A program made the position numbers and the translations under genes. The notes beneath the pieces are model-generated. The model was given only the letters and a program-made list of their open reading frames with translations. It did not search any database and had not been told where the DNA came from. A DNA stretch of 26,278 nucleotides from Planctomycetota bacterium (GTDB lineage Bacteria; Planctomycetota; UBA11346): contig JBBQSO010000074.1 in the NCBI GenBank assembly GCA_038213805.1, forward strand, positions 1 to 26,278, read 5' to 3'. Positions 17,033 to 23,991 of this stretch are shown here, piece after piece; the first letter of the stretch is position 1, and the number at the start of each line of letters is the position of its first letter.

Positions 17033-18456
17033 GCCTGCGCCTGCGCCTGACCCTGGCGGTCGCCGTCGCCGCGCTGGCCGGCACGGCGTGGCTGGCGTGG
17101 TGGATCATCGCCCACGCCGGCCCCGCCCTGCAGCAGGTCACCGAGGAGACCCTTGCAGACGTGGCGATGGTGATGGCTGCCGAGGTCGCCGCGCATTCCC
17201 CCGGCGACGCGCCCGACCCGGCGGCGCTGGCACGCGCCTGGACTGACGCGCGCGCCCGGCCGCTGCACGCGCGGATCTACGCCACGCGCAAGGAGGCGCT
17301 GGCGCTGGAGATCTCGCTCACCGACCGCCACGGCATCGTGCTCTTCGATTCGGCGCGGCCGCAGGACGTCGGCCGCGACAATGCGCGCTGGAACGACGTG
17401 GCACGCACCTTGAGCGGCGCCTACGGCGCGCGCGCCACCCGTGCCGACCCCAATGACCCCGGCACCGCCGTGCTGCACGTCGCCGCGCCGGTGCGCCACG
17501 GCGACGAGCTGATCGGTGTGGTCAGCGTCTCCAAGGCGGTGGCCGCGACCACGCCCTTCGTCGACGCCCAGGCGCAGACCGTGATCGCCGTGGCCGCGGT
17601 CATCGCCGGCGCGGTGGCGGCCATGGCGGTCGCCGCCGCGGCGTGGATCACCACACCGCTGGCGCGCCTGACCGCGCACGTGCGGCGCGTCGCCGGCGGC
17701 GCGCGCGCGCCGCTGCCCGCGCTCGGGCGCGGCGAGATCGCCGAACTCGGCCGCGCCCTGGAGGAGCTGCGCGAGCAGCTTGAGGGCCGCAAGTACGCGG
17801 AGGAATACGTCCAGGCGCTGACCCACGAGCTCAAGAGTCCGCTCGCCGGCATCCGCGCCGCCGCCGAGCTGCTCGGCGAGGATCTGCCGGCGTCCGAACG
17901 GCAGCGCTTCCTCGCCAACCTGCGCGGCGAGAGCCAGCGCCTGCACGAACTCAGCGAAGAGCTGCTCGCCCTGGCCGCACTCGAGCGCCGCGACGCACTC
18001 GCCAGCCGCGCACCGGTGGACCTGGTCGCGGTCGCGCGCACGGTCGCCACCTCGGCCACCAGCCGGCTCGCGCTGCGCGGCCTCGCCCTGGCCGTGACCG
18101 GCTCCGCCGCTGCGCCGGCCACCGGCGACGCCTTTCTGCTGCGCCAGGCGCTCACCAACCTGCTCGACAACGCCATCGCCTTCGCGCCCAGCGGTTCGGC
18201 GCTCGCCCTCGACGTGGCGGCGGAAAGCGGATGCGCGGTCATCACCGTGCGCGATCACGGTCCCGGCATCCCCGACTATGCGCTGGCCCGGCTGTTCGAA
18301 CGCTTCTTCTCCCTGCCCCACCCGGCCACTGGCCGCAAGGGCACCGGCCTGGGCCTGCCCTTCGTGCGCGAGGTGGCGCGCCTGCACGGCGGGACGGTGA
18401 CGCTCGAGAATCATGCGCAGGGTGGCGCGATGGCGCGACTGGTGATTCCGGGGTGA
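17029..18456 (+). CDS. creC: Sensor histidine kinase, CreC-like
   Basis: ATGA overlap; EETLAD, GIVLFDS...G.D..RWNDV.RTL.G.YGARATR, LEGRKYAEEYVQALTHELKSPL (H-box), NLLDNAI.F, D.GPGIPDYA..RLFERFFSLP, GTGLGL.FV.EVA.LHGG. These are CreC/BlrB signatures. Confidence 0.88.
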   Translation: MSLRLRLTLAVAVAALAGTAWLAWWIIAHAGPALQQVTEETLADVAMVMAAEVAAHSPGDAPDPAALARAWTDARARPLHARIYATRKEALALEISLTDRHGIVLFDSARPQDVGRDNARWNDVARTLSGAYGARATRADPNDPGTAVLHVAAPVRHGDELIGVVSVSKAVAATTPFVDAQAQTVIAVAAVIAGAVAAMAVAAAAWITTPLARLTAHVRRVAGGARAPLPALGRGEIAELGRALEELREQLEGRKYAEEYVQALTHELKSPLAGIRAAAELLGEDLPASERQRFLANLRGESQRLHELSEELLALAALERRDALASRAPVDLVAVARTVATSATSRLALRGLALAVTGSAAAPATGDAFLLRQALTNLLDNAIAFAPSGSALALDVAAESGCAVITVRDHGPGIPDYALARLFERFFSLPHPATGRKGTGLGLPFVREVARLHGGTVTLENHAQGGAMARLVIPG

Positions 18457-18475
18457 CGTGCACGCGGGAACCTGC

Positions 18476-18513
18476 TCCACGCGCGCTCCACAGACCGTCC
18501 ACACTCCCTCCAC
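18476..18513 (+). promoter_or_regulatory. Four phased TCCAC pentamers (TCCAC-N6)x4; cre-tag-like response-regulator site
   Basis: TCCAC at 18476, 18487, 18498 and 18509 (period exactly 11; spacers all differ). Same geometry as the CreB/BlrA cre-tag TTCAC-N6-TTCAC. Confidence 0.7.
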
Positions 18514-18548
18514 ACAGCCCTGCAGCATGACGGCCAGCGGAGGCCACC

Positions 18549-20000
18549 ATGCTCACCACCCCACACCGTCCCTGGCGCCTGCCCGTCCTGCTCGGCGCCA
18601 CCATCGCCTTCATCGCGCTCTGCGACGCGCTGCTCTACGACCGACCGCTCGGCTGCGGCGTGGCCATCGTCATGGCTGCAGCCACCGTGCTGATCCTGCT
18701 GCGTTTTCCCTGGGTGCTGCGCCTCGGCGCCGGTCGGCTCGCAACCGGGGTCGCGGCAGTGATGACGGGTGCGCAGGCACTCGATGCCGGCGTGCTGGCG
18801 CCGCTGGTGGGCGGGCTCGCGATCATGGTGCTGGCCGGGCTGGCGCGCAGCGGTGGACAGCGCGAGGTCGCGGGGCTGCTGCTTGAGGGGCCGGTGCAGG
18901 CTCTCCTGCTCGGGACGCGGCCGTTCCTGGATGCCTGGCTGTGCAGGCGTTGGCGACGCGCCCACCACGCGGCGCCGGGCTCGACGGCGGCGGTGCTGCG
19001 CGCCGGCTTCATCGCGTGGTGGCTGCCGCTGGGGTGCGGGCTGCTGTTCGCCGGGCTCTTCGCCGTCGCCAACCCGGTGGTCGAAGGCTGGCTCGCCGCG
19101 CTGTGGGATACCGTGCGCAGCCAGCTCGACCGCCTCGGCGTACCGGCGCCGGTACGCATCGTCGCGTGGTGGCTGGCGGGCCTGTGCATGTGGTTCCTGC
19201 TGCGCGCGCGCTGGGCGAAGCCCCGCGCGGACGCACCCGCGGCGCGCGGCGTCGACCGCACGGCCCTGGCGCTGCGCGCGCTGGTGATCTGCAATGCGCT
19301 GTTCGCGCTGCAGAACACCCTCGACCTCTCCTATCTGTGGGGCGGCCTGGCCCTGCCCGGCGGCATGACCTACGCAGCCTACGCGCACCGCGGCGCCTAC
19401 CCGCTGATGGCCACGGCGCTGCTCGCCGCCGCGTTCGTGCTGCTATGGTTCCAACCGGGCTCGGCCGCGCAGGACCACCCCTGGGCGCGCCGCCTGGTGT
19501 TGGCCTGGCTCGTCCAGAACGTACTGCTGCTCGGCGCGGCGGCGTGGCGCCTGCACCTCTACGTCGACGTCTACGGCCTGAGCCTGTGGCGGGTCGCGGC
19601 GCTGGTGTGGTTCGGCCTGGTCGGCGCCGGTCTGCTGCTGATCGCCTGGCGCATCCACGCGCGCCGCGCCAACCGCTGGCTGGTGCGTGCGAATCTGGGG
19701 ATCGCAAGCGCGGCACTCGCCGCCTGTGCGCTGGTCGACTGGGGCGGCCTGATCGCCTGGCACAACGTCGGCCTGGGCCGCGAGACCGGCCAGGGGCAGC
19801 CGATCGACATCACCTATCTGCGCAGCCTGGGACCCGCCGCGGGGCCGGCGCTGCGCTGGCTGGCGCAACGTGAGCGACGGTCCCCCCTGGGCGAACGGGC
19901 GCGCGAGGCCGCCGACGCGGTGGCCTACGACCTGCGCGCGGATCTGGAGTCGTGGCCAGGCTGGACGCTGCGGCGCGCACTGTGGGCGCGCTCGCCGTGA
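18549..20000 (+). CDS. Polytopic membrane protein, DUF4173/DUF4153-like
   Basis: GGAGG RBS; multiple TM segments; LF..ANPV, TYAAYAHRGAYPL..TALLA, RL.LYVDVYGL...R, ID..YL.SLG motifs recalled for this DUF. Confidence 0.75.
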   Translation: MLTTPHRPWRLPVLLGATIAFIALCDALLYDRPLGCGVAIVMAAATVLILLRFPWVLRLGAGRLATGVAAVMTGAQALDAGVLAPLVGGLAIMVLAGLARSGGQREVAGLLLEGPVQALLLGTRPFLDAWLCRRWRRAHHAAPGSTAAVLRAGFIAWWLPLGCGLLFAGLFAVANPVVEGWLAALWDTVRSQLDRLGVPAPVRIVAWWLAGLCMWFLLRARWAKPRADAPAARGVDRTALALRALVICNALFALQNTLDLSYLWGGLALPGGMTYAAYAHRGAYPLMATALLAAAFVLLWFQPGSAAQDHPWARRLVLAWLVQNVLLLGAAAWRLHLYVDVYGLSLWRVAALVWFGLVGAGLLLIAWRIHARRANRWLVRANLGIASAALAACALVDWGGLIAWHNVGLGRETGQGQPIDITYLRSLGPAAGPALRWLAQRERRSPLGERAREAADAVAYDLRADLESWPGWTLRRALWARSP

Positions 20001-20010
20001 GCCATGCGCC

Positions 20011-20583
20011 TCACCCCGCCGGCTTCTCCGCGCCCTTGGACACCACCACCTGCGCCGCGCGCACCAGCTGTTCCTTGAGCCGGTAGCCCGGGCGGTGCAC
20101 CTGCACGATGGTGCCGCGCGGCAGGTCCGACGCCTGCTCGGCGATGGCCTCGTGCACGGCGGGGTCGAACAGGCCCTCGCAGGGGATGCTCTCGATGCCG
20201 GCGTTGGCGAGCACCGACTGCAGGCTGGACTGGATCATGCTCACGCCCTGCGCGAACTCGACGAAGGACTCGGGATTCGCCGAGGCGAGGGCGCGACCCA
20301 GATTGTCGAGCTCGCCCAGGATCGGCTTCACGAAGCGCACCACGCCGCGCGTACCGGCCTCGTCGGCCTCCTTGCGCAGGCGCTTGCGCACGTTGTCGAA
20401 CTCGGCCTGCGAGCGCGCACAGCGCTCCTTCCACTCGGTGGCCTCGCGCTTGAGTGCGGCGAATTCGGTGGCTGGGATGACCATGTCCTCGGCAGAGGCG
20501 TCGGCCTCCGGAGCGTTGGACTGGTCCTGGGCCGCGTCCTGCGGCTCGTTCTCGTGGGCGGGTTTCGGTTCGGGAGTGGGCAT
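20011..20583 (-). CDS. grpE: Nucleotide exchange factor GrpE
   Basis: R.QAEFDNVRKR, LDNL.RAL, FDPAVHEAI, GYRLKEQLVRAAQVVV; AAGGA RBS before ATG 20583. Confidence 0.93.
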   Translation of the reverse strand: MPTPEPKPAHENEPQDAAQDQSNAPEADASAEDMVIPATEFAALKREATEWKERCARSQAEFDNVRKRLRKEADEAGTRGVVRFVKPILGELDNLGRALASANPESFVEFAQGVSMIQSSLQSVLANAGIESIPCEGLFDPAVHEAIAEQASDLPRGTIVQVHRPGYRLKEQLVRAAQVVVSKGAEKPAG

Positions 20584-20629
20584 GGCTGATCCTTGACGCT
20601 GCGGGAAGATCCAGGGGAACCGGCGTCTC

Positions 20630-21754
20630 TTATTCAAAGAGCGCCTTCATCTTGTCGAAGAACCCTTTGTGCTCGGCGCTGCGCTCCTCGATCTCGCCGA
20701 GCTCCTTGAGCAGCTCCTTCTGGCGGTCGGTGGTGCGCTTGGGCACGGTCACCTGGACGACGACGATCTGATCGCCGCGGTGGCCGCGCTCGTCCGGGAT
20801 GCCCAGGCCGCGCATGCGCAGCAGGTCGTTGGGCTGCGTACCGGCGGGGACCTTGAGCTTGGCGGCGCCCTCCAGGGTCGGCACCTCAAGCTCGGCGCCG
20901 AGCGCGGCCTGGCCGTAGGTGACCGGGATCTTGCACACCACGTCCTGCTCGTGGCGCTCGAAGAACTGATCGGCGGCGACCTTGACGTAGACGTAGAGAT
21001 CGCCGCGCGGGCCGCCGTCGCGGCCGGGCTCACCCTCGCCGCCGACGCGAAGGCGGCTGCCGTCTTCGATGCCGGCGGGAATCTTGAGCTTGATGGTGAC
21101 CTTCTTGGGCTTGGCGCCCTGGCCGCTGCACGAACCGCAGGGGTCGGCGATGCTCTTGCCCGCGCCACGGCACTGCGGGCAGGTGGTCTGCATGACGAAG
21201 AAGCCCTGGCCCTGGCGCACCACGCCCTGGCCGCCGCATAGTCTGCAGGTGGTCGCCTTGGTGCCGGCCTTGGCGCCGCTACCGTTGCAGGTCTCGCACG
21301 GCTCGTTGCGCTTGAGGTCGATGGTCTTGGTGGTGCCCTTGACCGCCTCGCGGAAGGTGATCTCGATGCCGAGCTTGAGGCTGGCGCCCTGATTGCGCTC
21401 GCTGCGCCCGCCACCGCCGCCGCCGAAGAACTGGTCGAAGATCGAGCCACCGCCGAAGACGTCGCCAAAGGCGGCAAAGATGTCCTCCATCGAATTGAAG
21501 CCGCCGCCGGCGTGGCCCATGCCGTCGACCCCGGCGTGGCCGTGCTGGTCGTAGCGCGCGCGCTTCTGTTCGTCGGAAAGCACCTCGTAGGCCTCGGCGG
21601 CCTCCTTGAACTTGGATTCGGCCTCCTTGTCACCCGGATTGCGGTCCGGGTGGTGCTTCATCGCCAGCTTGCGATAGGCCTTCTTGATGTCATCCGTACT
21701 GGCGCCCTTGGCCAGGCCGAGGACCTCGTAATAATCACGCTTGGTGGTCGCCAT
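20630..21754 (-). CDS. dnaJ: Molecular chaperone DnaJ (class A)
   Basis: [14 protein letters not shown]-rich region, four CxxCxGxG motifs ([32 protein letters not shown]), GDLYV, C-terminal FFDKMK. Confidence 0.97.
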   Translation of the reverse strand: MATTKRDYYEVLGLAKGASTDDIKKAYRKLAMKHHPDRNPGDKEAESKFKEAAEAYEVLSDEQKRARYDQHGHAGVDGMGHAGGGFNSMEDIFAAFGDVFGGGSIFDQFFGGGGGGRSERNQGASLKLGIEITFREAVKGTTKTIDLKRNEPCETCNGSGAKAGTKATTCRLCGGQGVVRQGQGFFVMQTTCPQCRGAGKSIADPCGSCSGQGAKPKKVTIKLKIPAGIEDGSRLRVGGEGEPGRDGGPRGDLYVYVKVAADQFFERHEQDVVCKIPVTYGQAALGAELEVPTLEGAAKLKVPAGTQPNDLLRMRGLGIPDERGHRGDQIVVVQVTVPKRTTDRQKELLKELGEIEERSAEHKGFFDKMKALFE

Positions 21755-21796
21755 TGGGGTCTCGCGGGTCACTCTGACGCAGCAGGCTGGCTTTCT

Positions 21797-21812
21797 AGCA
21801 CATCCTGGGCCA
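21797..21812 (-). promoter_or_regulatory. Putative sigma54 -24/-12 promoter for dnaJ-grpE
   Basis: Minus strand reads TGGCCCAGGATGTGCT (GG-N10-GC spacing), ending 42 nt upstream of the dnaJ ATG. Confidence 0.45.
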
Positions 21813-21872
21813 CAAGCCTGGCCACGTGCACGGTCAATCGCTCGGGCCGCCAAGCAGCCACGTAAGCGCCTC

Positions 21873-22382
21873 TCAGGGCTTGGCTGGTGCCGGCGCGGCC
21901 GGCGGAATGGGGGGCGTGGCCGGAACGGCCTGACCCGGGTCGAGCTTCGGCTCGTCCAGGAGCAGTCGCGACAGCCCGGTGAGCTTGCCATTGGCGGTGA
22001 CCAGGCGCTTGCCGAGCGGCTTGCGCTGCTCGACCGGGATGCCCTGGAGCTTGGCGCTGGCCAACACGAAGGTCTCGCCGGCCTTCAGGGGCTGCTTCTG
22101 GTCGAGGTAGGTCTGCGCCTCGAGGAGCAGGACCTCGGCCTCGGCCAGGGTGTTCTCGGCCTCGGGATCGGGCCGCAGCCGGGCGTCTGCCTCGCGCTGC
22201 ATGATGGCGTCGGCGGCCGCGCCAGCGCGCCGAGCGGTGATCGGATCGACCGCCGGCGCGGGCTCGGCGGTCACGGGCGTCGGCGGCGCCGGCTTCGGCT
22301 TCGGCGGGGCCTGCTGATCAGCGGCCACGACCTGCCCGGCGGCGAGCGCGACGGCGAAACAAGCGAGCAGGGTCGGACGCAT
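21873..22382 (-). CDS. Hypothetical secreted protein (169 aa) with Pro-rich flanks and a helical core
   Basis: GGAG RBS; signal peptide [21 protein letters not shown]; genome-like codon usage. Confidence 0.75.
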   Translation of the reverse strand: MRPTLLACFAVALAAGQVVAADQQAPPKPKPAPPTPVTAEPAPAVDPITARRAGAAADAIMQREADARLRPDPEAENTLAEAEVLLLEAQTYLDQKQPLKAGETFVLASAKLQGIPVEQRKPLGKRLVTANGKLTGLSRLLLDEPKLDPGQAVPATPPIPPAAPAPAKP

Positions 22383-22532
22383 CGGGCACTCCGGGGAGGG
22401 CGGCATGGTCCGCCGCCGACCCGTACGGGCAAGCGGAGAGGCGGCCCGGTGCGCTGGCATCGCCGAGGGTGCCCGCTAGGCTGCGCCGCCCAGTACGAAC
22501 CCCGGCAACGTCCGGATGCCCAGGAGCCGACC

Positions 22533-23822
22533 ATGGCCACGTCCAAGAAGTCCGCGAAGACCGCCGCCCCCGCCCGCGCTGCCCGCCCTGCGAAAAGCGC
22601 GCGCAAGGAGAAGGTGGTGCTCGCCTACAGCGGCGGCCTCGACACCTCGGTGATCGTGCGCTGGCTCGAGCAGAAGGGCTACGACGTCATCTGCTTCTGC
22701 GCGAACGTCGGCCAGGTCGAGAAATACAAGGACCTCGAAGCGAAGGCCCTGAACAGCGGCGGCAGCAAATGCTACATCCGCGATGTCCAGGAGGAGTTCG
22801 TGCGCGACTTCGTGTTCCCCGCGATCGCGTGGAACGCCAAGTACGAGGGCCGCTATCTGCTTGGCACCTCGCTCGCCCGCCCGGTCATCGCCAAGCACAT
22901 GGTCGAGATCGCCAAGCAGGAGAAGGCCCAGTACATCGCGCACGGCGCCACCGGGAAGGGCAACGACCAGGTGCGCTTCGTGCTCACCGCCCACGCGCTG
23001 CTGCCCGGCGTGAAGATCATCGCACCGTGGCGCGACCCCGAGTTCAACACCGACATCAAGGGCCGCGTCGAGGCCATCGCGTACGCGAAGAAGTGGGGCA
23101 TCCCGATCAAGGCGACCAAGAAGGACCCCTGGTCGAGCGACGACAACCTGCTGCACATCAGCTTCGAGGCCGGCATGCTTGAGGATCCGGCGGTGCGTCC
23201 GCTCGACCGCATGTTCGAGCGCAGTCTGCCCATCGCCCAGGTCAAGGCGCGCCGCCAGACCGTCACCGTCGACTTCGTCGCCGGCGTACCGGTCAAGGTC
23301 GACGGCAAGAAGCTCTCGCCCGCCAACCTGCTGCGCACCCTCAACGAGATCGGCTTCAAGCACGGCATCGGCCGCATCGACATGGTCGAGTCGCGCTTCG
23401 TCGGCATGAAATCGCGCGGCGTCTACGAGACCCCGGGCGGCACCATCCTGCTGTCCGCGCACCAGGATCTTGAGGCGCTGACCGTCAGCCGCGACCTGCT
23501 GCACACCAAGAACCAGCTCGCGGTGCGCTTCGCGCAGATGGCGTATTTCGGCTTCTGGTACTGCGAAGAGATGGAGGCGCTCGACGCCTTCCTCAAGGCC
23601 AGCCAGCGCCACGTCACCGGCCGCGTCACCCTCGAGCTCGACCGCGGCAACGTCACCGTGGTCGGCCGCGAGAGCGCCCATTCGCTCTACGACGCCGCGA
23701 TCGCCTCGATGGAGGCCGACGGCGGCGCCTACAACCAGTCGGATGCGACCGGCTTCATCCGCCTGCAGGCGCTGCCGCTGCGCGTGCACGCGCAGCGCGC
23801 GGCGCGGCTGGCCGCGCAGTAG
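22533..23822 (+). CDS. argG: Argininosuccinate synthase
   Basis: KVVLAYSGGLDTS, YEGRYLLGTSLARP, HGATGKGNDQVRF, IAPWR, GMKSRGVYETPGGTIL; AGGAG RBS at 22522-22526. Confidence 0.97.
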   Translation: MATSKKSAKTAAPARAARPAKSARKEKVVLAYSGGLDTSVIVRWLEQKGYDVICFCANVGQVEKYKDLEAKALNSGGSKCYIRDVQEEFVRDFVFPAIAWNAKYEGRYLLGTSLARPVIAKHMVEIAKQEKAQYIAHGATGKGNDQVRFVLTAHALLPGVKIIAPWRDPEFNTDIKGRVEAIAYAKKWGIPIKATKKDPWSSDDNLLHISFEAGMLEDPAVRPLDRMFERSLPIAQVKARRQTVTVDFVAGVPVKVDGKKLSPANLLRTLNEIGFKHGIGRIDMVESRFVGMKSRGVYETPGGTILLSAHQDLEALTVSRDLLHTKNQLAVRFAQMAYFGFWYCEEMEALDAFLKASQRHVTGRVTLELDRGNVTVVGRESAHSLYDAAIASMEADGGAYNQSDATGFIRLQALPLRVHAQRAARLAAQ

Positions 23823-23848
23823 GGCGGGTATCCCCAACGAGGGACCAC

Positions 23849-23974
23849 TCCTGGGAGCGCCGCGCCCCAGCTCGGCTCGCACGTCGAAGCATACCCAACC
23901 GCCGTGACGATGACGGGCTGACGCTCACGGGTGAAAATGAAGACCGGCCGAGCTGGGGCTCGGCGCTCCCAGGA
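23849..23974. repeat. REPIN-like element: two inverted 28-bp REP-like arms with a 70-bp spacer
   Basis: 23849-23876 TCCTGGGAGCGCCGCGCCCCAGCTCGGC versus 23947-23974 GCCGAGCTGGGGCTCGGCGCTCCCAGGA: 27/28 complementary. Each arm holds a GCCGAGC-N4-GCTCGGC palindrome (perfect in the right arm, one mismatch in the left). Confidence 0.88.
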
Positions 23975-23991
23975 AGCGGCACGCGCAGCGT

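Noticed and set aside
21791..21830. CIRCE element (CTAGCAC half-site) upstream of dnaJ
   Set aside because: Only a partial half-site; no matching GAGTGCTAA at 9-nt spacing.
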